Of a DNA stretch of 64,000 nt, positions 29,210 to 39,709 are shown one piece after another; within the stretch, counting starts at the first letter, position 1; each line of letters opens with the position of its first letter. The DNA comes from Dehalococcoidia bacterium (lineage in GTDB: Bacteria; Chloroflexota; Dehalococcoidia; Lucifugimonadales; Australimonadaceae), in assembly GCA_963579135.1 (NCBI GenBank), contig CAUZFB010000005.1:14020-78019 (forward strand), in the 5' to 3' direction. Both the position numbers and the translations under genes were made by a program. A model generated the notes under the pieces. The model worked only from the letters and a program-made list of their open reading frames with translations, was not told the DNA's origin and ran no database searches.

Positions 29210-30361
29210 CATTCGGCGCGAAGCGGGCCCGGTGTCATCTCGCCAGTGACTTTCGGCTTCTTCCTGGGGGTCAGGACCAGCCGGTACATCTTGTCCAGCG
29301 AACGGGACTTCCATCCCCCACCGGGGCTCGACATCAGCCGCCGCCAACGATTGGTCGGGGTCGTTCGCGCTGGGATCTATGTCAGATGCCCAGGCCAGGA
29401 GCCCACGCTCACGACGTAATGCTGCGATCTGCGCAAGGGGCGCTTCCAGCTTCGTCGCACGAACGCCCACGAGCTGATCGTACGTACCGCGTGCCGTCGC
29501 CAACTGCCGTCCGAGGACAGCGAAGTTGTCAATAAATCGGCGCCACTCGCTCTCGAAGTGGTCCATCGCCACCAGAACCTCGTCGGAGGCCTGGTTGAAA
29601 GCGAAGCTCTCCGCCGCCTTCCGCACCACCGCCAGCACTCCGAACAGCGTCAGCGGAGAGCACGGAATCACGCGCTGCGACAACGCGGCGTCGACGAAGG
29701 TGGCATCCAGGCGATTGATCTCCGCGTAGACGCTTTCACTTGGGATGAACAGCAGCGCGTAATCCACCGTCCCGCTGGCGGGGTCTGCGTACGAACCATC
29801 CACTACTTCCTTGACGCGACTGCGCACGTCGCGGAGGAAGGCTTTTTCGAAGCGATCACGATCAGCGTCGACGGTGGCCTCCACCAACCGAGCGTAATTT
29901 TCGATGGGAAACTTCACGTCCATGTTGAGCGTGTAACCCTTGGGTAGAGGAAAGGTGAAATCGGGGCGGGTGCGACCGCCGTCTAGCGACTGCTGCTTGA
30001 AATAGCTCACGCCCTCGATGAAGCCGGCAGAGCGGAGGATATCCTCCGCCGCACGCTCGCCCCACTGACCGCGCACTCGACTGTTGCCCAGCGCGCTCGC
30101 CATCATGTTCGTGCGTGCGTCGACGTTGCGCAGGACGGTCGAGAGCTCGGCGAACCCCGCTTTACCCTCGCCGCCGTTGCGTTGCACCAGGTCGCCCAAG
30201 CGCCCCAGGCTCTCGCGTACGACCGCGAGATCGTTGCGAACCAACTCTGTGTGGAATCCAAAGTCCGCTGGCGCCCTCGGCCGCGCACGAACGCGCGCCA
30301 CCAGAAAGCCCCCGATCAGGCCCAAACCAAGACCGCCCAAACCCACGAGTAACGATTCCAT
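29129..30361 (-). CDS. rmuC: DNA recombination protein RmuC
   Basis: N-terminal TM, RGQWGE, RPD...LP, DVKFP, LFIPSE, SPLTL. Confidence 0.88.
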   Translation of the reverse strand: MESLLVGLGGLGLGLIGGFLVARVRARPRAPADFGFHTELVRNDLAVVRESLGRLGDLVQRNGGEGKAGFAELSTVLRNVDARTNMMASALGNSRVRGQWGERAAEDILRSAGFIEGVSYFKQQSLDGGRTRPDFTFPLPKGYTLNMDVKFPIENYARLVEATVDADRDRFEKAFLRDVRSRVKEVVDGSYADPASGTVDYALLFIPSESVYAEINRLDATFVDAALSQRVIPCSPLTLFGVLAVVRKAAESFAFNQASDEVLVAMDHFESEWRRFIDNFAVLGRQLATARGTYDQLVGVRATKLEAPLAQIAALRRERGLLAWASDIDPSANDPDQSLAAADVEPRWGMEVPFAGQDVPAGPDPQEEAESHWRDDTGPASRRMLDARRAASGRDRSGDDPPDGPRKQER

Positions 30362-30600
30362 AGCCGCACGACCCTACCGAGCAACGGCCCGACCGCGCTA
30401 GCCCCGCGTGTCGCGATTACCGAGGCACGGCGCTACTCCGTAGCGTCCGTCTTCGTCCCACGGATCTTGTTCACCACCCACACCAGGCCGGTCGCGACAG
30501 AAATCTTGAGCAACATACAGCCAGTCCTGGATGAAACGAACCCTAACTCCTGGTCCAAGCAATCACCACTCACGAGCCTCAACTGCCACCGGAGCTGCAG

Positions 30601-32301
30601 TTACCAGACGGAACCCGGGAGACCGGGGCTCGTGACGGCCCCCTCGCTCGCCGACGACACACTCTTAGCGTATTTCGCGAAAACACCCGTCGTATAGCGA
30701 GGAGCAGGCGGGATCCAGCCCTCTTTACGCTTCGCCAACTCATCCTCAGGAATGTCGAGGTCGAGCCTGCGTGCGACCACGTCCAGGATGATCGGATCGC
30801 CATCCTGGACGAACGCGATGTTGCCGCCAAGCGCCGCCTCGGGCGCCATGTGACCGACCATGAACCCATGTGTGGCGCCGGAAAATCGACCGTCCGTGAT
30901 GAGCACAACATCATCGCTGAGGCCCGCGCCGACGATGGCCGCTGTGACGCCCAGCATCTCGCGCATGCCCGGCCCACCGACGGGCCCCTCATAGCGGATC
31001 ACCACCACATCGTCAGGCTTGACCTGCCCTGACTGCACCGCAGCAAAACAGTCCTCCTCGCGCTCGAAGACCTTCGCCGGACCACGGTGATAGTTGCGGT
31101 CGTGGCCTGCCAGTTTCACCACGCAGCCGTCGGGGGCAAGGTTCCCGCGCAGGATCGCGATGCCACCGTTGTCCTTGATCGGCTTCTCGATATCTACCAC
31201 AACCTTCTGATCCGCGGTCGCCACGACGCCCGAGGCGATGCTCCCAAAGGTGCCACCGTCCACGTTCACCGCGTCCGCGTGGCCTCGCTCGCCTGCCAGG
31301 ATCTGCTTCGACACCAGCCCGTAGCCGCCGGCGTTATACAGGTCCTCAGCGAGGTACTGGCCACCCGGCTTCATGTCCGCCACGATGGGTGTGTTCCACG
31401 AGATGGTGTCGAAATCGTCGATCGTCAACTCGACGCCCGCCTCACGAGCAATCGCGATCATGTGGAGCACGGCGTTAGTCGAGCCAGCGGTGGCCGCGAC
31501 CCCTGCGATGGCGTTCTCGAACGCATCTCGAGTCATGATGTCGAGCGGCTTCACGTCCTGTTCCAGCAGCTCCATGACCAAGCGACCGGCCTTGCGGGCC
31601 TCCTCGGCCTTCGACTTGCCCAGCGCTGGTACGGCGTTCGCCCCGGCAGGGCTGATGCCCAGGAACTCTAGGGCCATCGCCATGGTGTTCGCGGTGAACT
31701 GTCCACCACACGCGCCCGCACCCGGGCAAGCGGCGTCCTCGATCGCCTTCAGCCGCGCATCGTCGATCTTGCCAGCGCCGTGCGCGCCGACGGCCTCGAA
31801 CACGTCGAGGACCGTCAGGTCCTTGCCGTCCAGGTGTCCGGGCCCGATGGATCCGTTATAGAACGCCAGGCCCGGCAGGTTGAGGCGAGCCAACGCCATC
31901 GCGCCAGCGGGTAGCGTCTTGTCGCAGCCGACCAACACGACCAGGCCATCGAAGGAATGTCCGCGCGCGACCACCTCGATCGAGTCCGCGATCACCTCGC
32001 GGCTGACCAGCGAACCGCGCATGCCCTCGGTCCCCATCGTCACGCCATCGGACACCGAGATGGTGTTGAACTCCATGGGCGTGCCACCCGCCTCGCGGAT
32101 GCCTTCCTTCACGTACTTCGCCAACTCGCGCTGGTTGTAGTTGCAGGGCATCGTCTCGATCCACGTGGTCGCTACGCCGATGATTGGCTTCGCCAGGTCC
32201 TCGTCAGTGAAACCGATAGCTTTCAGCATCGCGCGCGCGGGAGCGCGGGACGGGCCATCGGTCATCTCGGCAGAGTGCTTCTTTAGGGGATTCGTGGACA
32301 T
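30601..32301 (-). CDS. ilvD: Dihydroxy-acid dehydratase
   Basis: [52 protein letters not shown]. Confidence 0.96.
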   Translation of the reverse strand: MSTNPLKKHSAEMTDGPSRAPARAMLKAIGFTDEDLAKPIIGVATTWIETMPCNYNQRELAKYVKEGIREAGGTPMEFNTISVSDGVTMGTEGMRGSLVSREVIADSIEVVARGHSFDGLVVLVGCDKTLPAGAMALARLNLPGLAFYNGSIGPGHLDGKDLTVLDVFEAVGAHGAGKIDDARLKAIEDAACPGAGACGGQFTANTMAMALEFLGISPAGANAVPALGKSKAEEARKAGRLVMELLEQDVKPLDIMTRDAFENAIAGVAATAGSTNAVLHMIAIAREAGVELTIDDFDTISWNTPIVADMKPGGQYLAEDLYNAGGYGLVSKQILAGERGHADAVNVDGGTFGSIASGVVATADQKVVVDIEKPIKDNGGIAILRGNLAPDGCVVKLAGHDRNYHRGPAKVFEREEDCFAAVQSGQVKPDDVVVIRYEGPVGGPGMREMLGVTAAIVGAGLSDDVVLITDGRFSGATHGFMVGHMAPEAALGGNIAFVQDGDPIILDVVARRLDLDIPEDELAKRKEGWIPPAPRYTTGVFAKYAKSVSSASEGAVTSPGLPGSVW

Positions 32302-32877
32302 CGGTCGCTCCTTGCAAGTCGGGATACGGGCAGCGGGACGGGATACGGGCCGCGATTATACGGACTATCGCCACGTATGCGTCTGCACGGCGACGCAGCA
32401 GGCGAGTCCATCACATCGAGAAGGCCGTTGGTGTGACAAGGCCAGTTGGGACGCAAAAAGAACAGCGACGCTAGCGCCGATACCAAGCGACGTACCCGCT
32501 AATCGTCCTCGTCCACCAACGAGAAGGAAAGAATCACGTATTCCGCGTTCGAGGGCGCGACGATGGCCATCAATTCAAAAGAATCAGGGTCTGCAAATTG
32601 CTCTTCGATACATTCGTTGATGGACTCTTGCATTTCTACGGTGGATTCCAACAGCGGTAGGACAACTACCTTGTCGCCTGCATATGTCACAACATCATCT
32701 CATTTCTGTCGCTATGAAGAATGGTCCGTCGCCGGAACCGGCAAACAAAGGGTATCGCCAAATGGGGGTAACACCATGACCACGATTGCTGTTCGACCCA
32801 ACGTAATCGACCCAGCGGCAGGTGAATCACGTTGGCCTCAATGGGGAGCTCCATACGCGAGGAGGCATCTCGCAACA

Positions 32878-33309
32878 TTACTGATGATTGCGTAGGTCCT
32901 CATGAGGAGTATCGTCGTCGGCTGCACCATTGTCGCCTGGGGCGGCAGCGGCAGGAGGCCCGGCAGAAGGAGGAGGGGTAGCAGAAGGCGGATCGCCTCC
33001 CGGCTCCTCCGTTGGGTGGTCCTCCTCTTGCATCAGCACCTGGAAGTCGGCGTCGATCGCATCGCTTTTCCCTTTATCGTAGAGCCCCACATACTGCCTG
33101 CCCTTATTGATAAAGATCCCCAACAGGATGCTCAGCACCACCATGTCATCCAGCACACCGAACGGTCGGAGATCGAGGATCAAATCACGCGGAAAGATCA
33201 GATAGATGAACGCGATAACGGGCAGTGCCTTCAGCCTAGTAGGCACCGCCGGGTGCTGCATCAGGTGGGCCACCGAGAATATCCGCCGTAGTAAGAAGAA
33301 AAACGCCAC
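32878..33309 (-). CDS. YkvA/DUF1232 family membrane protein
   Basis: YLIFPRDLI.D..PFGVLDD motif; acidic Pro-rich tail. Confidence 0.75.
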   Translation of the reverse strand: MAFFFLLRRIFSVAHLMQHPAVPTRLKALPVIAFIYLIFPRDLILDLRPFGVLDDMVVLSILLGIFINKGRQYVGLYDKGKSDAIDADFQVLMQEEDHPTEEPGGDPPSATPPPSAGPPAAAAPGDNGAADDDTPHEDLRNHQ

Positions 33310-33430
33310 GCTTGATCCCCCTGTGGCCGTCAGTATATCTCTGGCCTCTCTGGGCGCCCGCTATCGCCAACGCCACAACCCTGCTATACCACCTCGTATA
33401 ACGACAGTCCGAGCACGCCGAGGCACCCAT

Positions 33431-34468
33431 TTGATCTACCTGTTTTACGGAGAAGACGACTTCTCCTCCGCAGAGGCCATAAAACCTTTGATAGAGGCCG
33501 TAGGGCCGGAGGACATGCGTGACACCAACGTGAGCGTCATTGACGGCGTGCGGTTCTCCATCGACAGCTTCGGCGCTGCGGCCATGGTCGTGCCGTTCCT
33601 CGCCGACCGGCGCCTCGTGATAGTTCGAGGCCTCCTCGGCACCGCTGAGGGGCAGCGCGGCGGCAGGCGCGGTCGCCGAGCCAAAGCCGACGACGAAGGG
33701 CCCACAGCGGGCCTCACCAAGCTCCTGCCCGACCTCCTGCCATCCACAGACGTCATTTTCGTCGACGGCAAGGTCAGCGCCGCCAACCCCATCCTCGCAG
33801 CCATGAAGGCCCTCGGCTCTGATCTGGTGAAGCCCCGTGAATATCCCCTGATGCGCCGTGACTCTCTCGGTGGCTGGATCCGCGACCGCGCCGCCATGAA
33901 GGGAGCGACGGTCGAACCGCAAGGCATGGCGGAGCTTGCCGAGATCGTTGGCCCGAATCTCTGGGCGTTGGACGGCGAGATCGAGAAACTCGCGATCTAC
34001 GTCGGGGACCGCCCCATCACCCTGGCCGATGTCCAAGCGCTCGTCACGGGGAACCGGGAATCGAACATTTTCGAGCTCGTGGACGCCATCATGGACAAAC
34101 GTCCCAACACCGCCCTCGAAGTCACTGAACGTCTCCTGAATTCCGGCGCTGCCGGTCCCTACCTAGTCTCCATGATCGCCAGGCAAGCCCGCATGGTCGC
34201 CATCGCTCAGGACCTCGCGGCCCGCAAGGTACCGCAGAACGAATGGGCCCAACGCATCGGAACCTCGTCCGACTTCGTCGTCCGCAAGACATCCGAGCAA
34301 GCCCGTCGGTTCTCCGCAGAGGCCGTCAGGGGTCTGTACCGGCTACTCCTCGAAGCAGACATGGCCATGAAGACCAGCGACACCACCGACGAGTTGGCGC
34401 TCATCCAGCTCCTCGCCCAGGCTGGCGCGCTCCCCGTCGCACCGCGGCCCGCCGCTCGGCCACGCTGA
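33431..34468 (+). CDS. holA: DNA polymerase III subunit delta
   Basis: IYLFYGED, PFLADRRLVIV, EIEKL, IFELVDAI; TTG start. Confidence 0.9.
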   Translation: MIYLFYGEDDFSSAEAIKPLIEAVGPEDMRDTNVSVIDGVRFSIDSFGAAAMVVPFLADRRLVIVRGLLGTAEGQRGGRRGRRAKADDEGPTAGLTKLLPDLLPSTDVIFVDGKVSAANPILAAMKALGSDLVKPREYPLMRRDSLGGWIRDRAAMKGATVEPQGMAELAEIVGPNLWALDGEIEKLAIYVGDRPITLADVQALVTGNRESNIFELVDAIMDKRPNTALEVTERLLNSGAAGPYLVSMIARQARMVAIAQDLAARKVPQNEWAQRIGTSSDFVVRKTSEQARRFSAEAVRGLYRLLLEADMAMKTSDTTDELALIQLLAQAGALPVAPRPAARPR

Positions 34469-34554
34469 CCCCCCCCGAAGCCCCCCGTGCTAGCAAGCGC
34501 ACCGTGGTAGAATTTACGCGTTAGATGGCTAGTGACCAGAGAAGGGTGGAAGCG

Positions 34555-34749
34555 ATGTTTGGACTGAATCCTTGGGAACTGGGCCTGATTCTCATGGCCA
34601 TCCTGTTACTCTTTGGCGCCAAGCGCGTCCCTGAGATTGGACGCTCGCTCGGTAAGGGCATCCGCGAGTTCAAGTCCTCGGTCGAGGGCAAGTACGAGGA
34701 AGCCGCCAAGACGGAAGAAGAGAAGACCGAGACGACCACCAAGCCCTAG
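34555..34749 (+). CDS. tatA: Twin-arginine translocase TatA
   Basis: MFGLNPWEL...LLFGAKRVPEIGRSLGKGIREFK. Confidence 0.93.
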   Translation: MFGLNPWELGLILMAILLLFGAKRVPEIGRSLGKGIREFKSSVEGKYEEAAKTEEEKTETTTKP

Positions 34750-34778
34750 GCGCTCCTCTCGCAATTCACGCGAACGGC

Positions 34779-34813
34779 AAGCCGCCCTTCCCGTGGAGAG
34801 CGGCTTTTTCTTT
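34779..34813 (+). terminator. Intrinsic terminator after tatA
   Basis: aagccgc...gcggctt followed by tttcttt. Confidence 0.7.
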
Positions 34814-34841
34814 AAACTCTTGTCCCACCAGGGTGACTGCG

Positions 34842-35243
34842 ATGATTCAATTCAGCTCTGGGAAAGACATCCCGGAGGACAACCTCAGTACCTCTACAAA
34901 ACCAACTAGTGGTTCTCAGTCGCGGATTCGACAGCCCTACGCCAAGCTCTAGCCAACTCCCACTCGGTCATCACGGCCTAGGGGTGGAGAGATCATCGTT
35001 GGACGGGGCTCCACGCTGTCTGACGCTCACCTGGTCGTCTACTACTCCCACCTGCTGGCCCACCCCGACTACCAGCGAGCGGGCACCGGCGCCACCATCG
35101 CCGAATTTCTTCAGGACGAGTACGCCGACTATCACCAGCAGATCCTCATCGCCGAAGGCAACACCATCGAGTTCTGCCACCAGTTGGGTTTCGAACAAGC
35201 CTGTAACCAACAACCCATGTGGCAGGCGCGGTTCAAGCCATAG
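34842..35243 (+). pseudogene. GNAT N-acetyltransferase pseudogene
   Basis: Joined across frames: MIQFSSGKDIPED / LYKTN*WFS...ALANSHSVITA* / IVG.G..LSDAHLVVYYSHLLAHPDYQRAGTG...HQQILIA...EFCHQLGFE; TAG at 34907 and 34979 plus two frameshifts. Confidence 0.8.
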
Positions 35244-35246
35244 GCC

Positions 35247-36548
35247 TTAGCCCACGGCCTCTGCCGGACTCAACCGCCTAACCGGCCGCCGCGCGAACAG
35301 CATCATAACGAACGCAACCGCGCATAGCACCGCGAAGGTCATGAACGCCCGCGCGTACCCGCCCGTGAAGTCGTAGATGAGCGCCGCGACCACGGGACCC
35401 GACCCCAGCGACACGCCACGCGTCATCTGCAGGATGCCGGAGATGGCCCCCAGATTCCCACGACCGAAGTAGTTGGCGCACAAGAGCGTTGGCAGCGACA
35501 ACGCTCCACCCACCAACAGGCCGGACGCGAACGAGATAGCGAACGCCTCAGGCGGCGTGTCGGCGCCAAGCAACGCCAACATCAACCCCGTCGCAAGTGC
35601 GTACCCCAGCGTGATCAACGCTCGAACGGAAACCCGGTCCGCCAACATCCCCCACGTGATACCACCGGTTGTTAATCCGATGGCGAACGTGCTCACGACC
35701 GCAGCCGCAGTCCCCCTCGAGATTCCCTGCTCTACGTAGTACGCAAGTTGATGAAATCCCACTCCCGTGGAGGATAACGAGTACAGACCGCCCGAGATTG
35801 CCACCCACCACAGCGTTGGGGTGCGCACCGCTTCCGAAAGCGTCCAGTCATCCGGCTCCACGCCCCCAGGAGCCTGACCGTTCGCATCCTCTGGTGGAGC
35901 CTCGTCGCCATCTGGCAATAAGCCGAGGTCTTCGGGACGGCGCGCGCCCAGCACCAAGGTCGGCACCACTCCCAACACGATTGCGAGCACTCCAAGCGCT
36001 ACCCACGCTTCCCCCATCCCGTACCGCCCAATGATCGCCGTGACGGCCACCGGCGCAGTGATCAGCCCTGTCGCCCCCAGACCAACCAGCAATGCCGACG
36101 CCCGGCCTCGCCGCCGGCTGAACCACTTGGCCACCGTCACCTGATTGGGGAATTGCACGAACGCCTGCCCCGAAAGGCGCACGAAGGCGTAAACAACGAT
36201 GAACATCGGCGCGACCGTGACGCCTGCCAGCACGAAGCAACCGAGGCCCGTCAACGTCGCGCCTATGGGCACCACGGCGCGGGAGCCATAGCGGTCCAGG
36301 ATGCGTCCCACGAACGGCCCCGCCAGCATCACACCGATCCCACCAATGGTCGTACCGCTCGCAATCACCGTCTTGCTCCAGCCGTACTCCTCGGTGAGCG
36401 CGGGCACAAAGACGCTGGAGACCTCAACTGCCGACGACACTCGCGACGCATTTGCCAATCCCGCAATGACGACGATGACCCAGCCGTAGTAGAAAGGTGT
36501 TACCCGTGATAGGCGTTGGGCTATCGCACCGATAGCGCTAGCCTCCAC
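35247..36548 (-). CDS. MFS transporter
   Basis: PFYYGWVIV, GRILDRYG, KWFSRRRG, YFGR.NLGAI. Confidence 0.88.
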   Translation of the reverse strand: MEASAIGAIAQRLSRVTPFYYGWVIVVIAGLANASRVSSAVEVSSVFVPALTEEYGWSKTVIASGTTIGGIGVMLAGPFVGRILDRYGSRAVVPIGATLTGLGCFVLAGVTVAPMFIVVYAFVRLSGQAFVQFPNQVTVAKWFSRRRGRASALLVGLGATGLITAPVAVTAIIGRYGMGEAWVALGVLAIVLGVVPTLVLGARRPEDLGLLPDGDEAPPEDANGQAPGGVEPDDWTLSEAVRTPTLWWVAISGGLYSLSSTGVGFHQLAYYVEQGISRGTAAAVVSTFAIGLTTGGITWGMLADRVSVRALITLGYALATGLMLALLGADTPPEAFAISFASGLLVGGALSLPTLLCANYFGRGNLGAISGILQMTRGVSLGSGPVVAALIYDFTGGYARAFMTFAVLCAVAFVMMLFARRPVRRLSPAEAVG

Positions 36549-37368
36549 GATTCCAGAAGCGAGATCGCCAAAGCTTCAAGAAGCGGAACGGCCTACAGAG
36601 ACGCCCTATCCTGCCCACCCGGTGCTCACGGGTGTCTGACTCTGCCGCGCCGCGCCGCAACCGTTGGCCGAGACGCGCCAAGATGATGCCCATCTCGTAC
36701 AGGATGATGATCGGCACGGCCACCAACACCTGATTCACCGGATCGAAGGTGGGCGTGATGATCGCTGCGGCGACGAAGGCCAACACGATGGCAAACCTAC
36801 GGAATCGCGACAGCGAACGCGGAGTGACGATCCCGAAGCGGGCCAGCGCGAATAGCACCAGCGGGATCTGGAAAACCACGCCCATCCAGAACATCAGTGA
36901 AACGATTACGCTCACGTAACTCGAAATCCGAATCTCCGGGTCAACGTGCTCGATACCGAACTCGGAAAGGAACCGAAAAGCAGGTGGGAACAGCACGAAG
37001 TAGGCAAATGCCGCCCCACCGGCAAAGGCAATGAGCACACTGGGCAACAGCACGTATAGGTATGCTTTCTCGCGGCCGGTCAGGCCTGGCGAGATGAACA
37101 TGATGACCTGGTAGAGGATGACCGGCAGCGCCGCCACGAAGGCCGCCATGAGCGTGACTTTGAAGACGACACCCACGGTCTCGAGAACCTCGGTGGCAAT
37201 CGGCCTGTCCTCGCCGTTGCCGTAGCCAGGTTCCAGTAGGAAGTCCAGGAGCAGATCGCGGAAGACGAACGCTACAATCACCGCTAGCACCAGGAATACG
37301 ACGGTGAACATAAGCCGCTTGCGCAACTCGTCCAAGTGGTCCCGGAGCGTCAGTGCCTCGCTTGCCAT
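36538..37368 (-). CDS. tatC: Twin-arginine translocase TatC
   Basis: HLDELRKRL, FISPGL...EK, FQIP, AAIITPT.DP, LYE. Confidence 0.95.
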   Translation of the reverse strand: MASEALTLRDHLDELRKRLMFTVVFLVLAVIVAFVFRDLLLDFLLEPGYGNGEDRPIATEVLETVGVVFKVTLMAAFVAALPVILYQVIMFISPGLTGREKAYLYVLLPSVLIAFAGGAAFAYFVLFPPAFRFLSEFGIEHVDPEIRISSYVSVIVSLMFWMGVVFQIPLVLFALARFGIVTPRSLSRFRRFAIVLAFVAAAIITPTFDPVNQVLVAVPIIILYEMGIILARLGQRLRRGAAESDTREHRVGRIGRLCRPFRFLKLWRSRFWNRGG

Positions 37369-37698
37369 CTAGCGATCAGCGGACGGACCGTCCGCTGCCT
37401 CCGCGTTTTCGTCCGCGTGCTTTTGCGCAACGTCCTCTGCGTCAGATGCGACGGAGGAACCTCGCGCCACCGCGTCCTCGGGCTCGGCAATCGGGTCGCG
37501 AGGTGGCGTGCTCGGAGACGGCTGCTCGTCAAGCTTCACAGTCGCCGCGTCAGCCATGGTCCGCAGGAACCGCTGGGACTCTCGCCACCAATGCCCGGCC
37601 TCGCGGGCCAGATCGACCATCCTTGCCGGTCCTAGCACGATGAGCATCACCACAAGGATGGCGAACAACTCTAGATTCCCTATGCCGAAGAGGTTCAT
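37369..37698 (-). CDS. tatB: Twin-arginine translocase TatB-like subunit
   Basis: MNLFGIGNLEL...LIVLGP; lies directly upstream of tatC. Confidence 0.8.
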   Translation of the reverse strand: MNLFGIGNLELFAILVVMLIVLGPARMVDLAREAGHWWRESQRFLRTMADAATVKLDEQPSPSTPPRDPIAEPEDAVARGSSVASDAEDVAQKHADENAEAADGPSADR

Positions 37699-39599
37699 CC
37701 GCCCCGCTTCCGCTTGTTGGGCACGGCCGCCCCTGATCGCTTCGCGCATTCTGGGCAATGTGAAAGCTCCGCCCACGGCAGATGTGGTGCGGGCTTGATC
37801 CGCAGGCCGAATCGCTCTGCCTCCTTAAGCAGGGTACACACGGGCAGGCCAACCACGTTCAAGTAGCAGCCTCGCACCTCAGCCGCGGGTGAGAAACCAT
37901 CGTGCTGCACAGCATAGGCACCCGCCTTATCAAACGGGTCCCCTGACGCGATGTAAGACTCGATCTCGTCGTCGCTGTAATCGCGCATGAGCACACGTGA
38001 AGCTCGATACGCCGTCCGCTCATCACCGGTCGCCGCATCGATGAGCGCCACGCCGGTGATGACTCGATGCTCGCGATCCCTTAGCCCTCTCAGCATCCGC
38101 CAAGCGTCATCCACATCCACCGGCTTGCCCAACACTTCGCCATCAATCTCCACGACCGTGTCCGCGCCCACAATCGTCCCTGAGTCCCGCAACGCTGCCG
38201 AGGCGCGAGCCTTGATCAGTGCGCGTTCGACCGCGACATCCTGCGGTTCCTGATCGGGGCGTTCACGCGGCTCCACCACATCATTAGGGGCCGCATTGAA
38301 ATCCAAGCCCAGTCTGCTCAGAATATCATGCCGCCGTGGCGACGCCGATGCGAGCACGATCATCGCACGTGCCTGAAGCTGCGAATAACGCTCGGAGTCG
38401 AACGTCAGGATGCTTACACTCTCGATATGGTGCGTCTGTGGAAACATGTCGACTGGCGTCACAGAATCGAGCGTGAACGGGCCTGCGGTGAGCAGCGCGA
38501 GGTCCCGCGCAAGCGTCTCCGGATTGCACGACACGTAGACGATACGACGCGGGGGGGTGTCGAGCAGCGCCTCGATGGTGCCCGGCATACAGCCAGCGCG
38601 CGGCGGGTCGAGGATAACCGCATCTACGCCCTCTTCCACGAGCTCCGCCAGCACGTCCTCCGTGCGCGCCTGCCACAACTCGACGTTGGCGATGCCCGCG
38701 ACGTTCACACGAGCGTCAGTGAGAGCCGACGCCGACTCCTCGACCGCGATTGCGCGCTTCACGTGGTCCGCGAGCAAAACAGCGAACGTCGCAACGCCCG
38801 CGTAGGCATCGACGATGGTCTCGTCGCCGTTCAGCTCCAGCGCATCGATCACCTTCGTTATCATCCGTTCAGCCTGGCGCGTATTCACCTGGAAGAACGA
38901 CGGAGACGAGACCTGGAACGTGTGCCCCAGCAGCTCTTCCTTATAGTGCTTCTGCCCAGACTCCATCGGCACGCCGATCTCGCTGAAGCGAGGCTGCAGC
39001 AACCAATCTCCCGTGTTCACCCCATAACGTAGCGAAAGCTGGGTGGTCTCGGCGACGTTACCCTGAAGCTTGCCAACCGCTTCGTTGATCCAATCGGCCA
39101 TCAGCAGGCAGCGGTCGATCTCGACGTGCCGACGTTTCTCTCGATGCACGTAGCCCAGCCGGCCGGGGCGCGGTTCCAGTTTGCTCACGGTGAAGCGCGC
39201 GTGATTGCGATAGCCCAACGGCTGGGGACTAGGCAACGTTTCGCCGACAATCCCTCCATCGAGCTCGCCAATGCGAACCAACGCGTCGGCAATGGCCTCG
39301 CGCTTCATCTGAAGCTGTCGTTCGTACGAGATGTGCTGGAACTGACACCCCGTGCACGCACCGAAGTACGGACACGGCGGCTCCACACGATGGGGCGAGG
39401 CTTCGAGCACCTCGACCACCTGAGCCGCGAAATATCCGCGCCGCTCACGAATAACTTCAGCCACGACGGTCTCGCCGGGGATGCCACCGAAGACATACAC
39501 GGCCTTGCCATCGATCTCCGCCAACGCTTCGCCCAATCGGCCTAGACCGGTGAGCTTGAGCGTGAGGAGCCATTGATCTTGCGTAGGGGTACCAACCAT
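37695..39599 (-). CDS. rlmD: Fusion of RlmD-type RNA (uracil-C5) methyltransferase and Maf nucleotide pyrophosphatase
   Basis: TRAM domain, CPYFGACTGC, FFQVN, LDPPRAG, YVSCNPETLARD, DMFPQTHHIE; then in frame IVLASASPRR, GADTVV, LGKP, DKAGAY, NVVGLP. Confidence 0.88.
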   Translation of the reverse strand: MVGTPTQDQWLLTLKLTGLGRLGEALAEIDGKAVYVFGGIPGETVVAEVIRERRGYFAAQVVEVLEASPHRVEPPCPYFGACTGCQFQHISYERQLQMKREAIADALVRIGELDGGIVGETLPSPQPLGYRNHARFTVSKLEPRPGRLGYVHREKRRHVEIDRCLLMADWINEAVGKLQGNVAETTQLSLRYGVNTGDWLLQPRFSEIGVPMESGQKHYKEELLGHTFQVSSPSFFQVNTRQAERMITKVIDALELNGDETIVDAYAGVATFAVLLADHVKRAIAVEESASALTDARVNVAGIANVELWQARTEDVLAELVEEGVDAVILDPPRAGCMPGTIEALLDTPPRRIVYVSCNPETLARDLALLTAGPFTLDSVTPVDMFPQTHHIESVSILTFDSERYSQLQARAMIVLASASPRRHDILSRLGLDFNAAPNDVVEPRERPDQEPQDVAVERALIKARASAALRDSGTIVGADTVVEIDGEVLGKPVDVDDAWRMLRGLRDREHRVITGVALIDAATGDERTAYRASRVLMRDYSDDEIESYIASGDPFDKAGAYAVQHDGFSPAAEVRGCYLNVVGLPVCTLLKEAERFGLRIKPAPHLPWAELSHCPECAKRSGAAVPNKRKRGG

Positions 39600-39709
39600 C
39601 GCAAGAATCTTAGCAGGGCGCGCGGCGCATCAACGCGCCTGCGAGCTATGACTCAGATTAACGAGGGTCGCTGATGCATTTCCACGGGACCCGAAGTTAC
39701 AATCGATAT

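Noticed and set aside
30440-30582. About 46-codon minus-strand ORF between ilvD and rmuC
   Set aside because: No recognisable motif or clear RBS; cannot be supported.
32302-32498. Branched-chain amino acid leader peptide before ilvD
   Set aside because: A TATAAT lies only about 55 nt upstream of the start, and no Ile/Leu/Val-rich sORF with a terminator was found.
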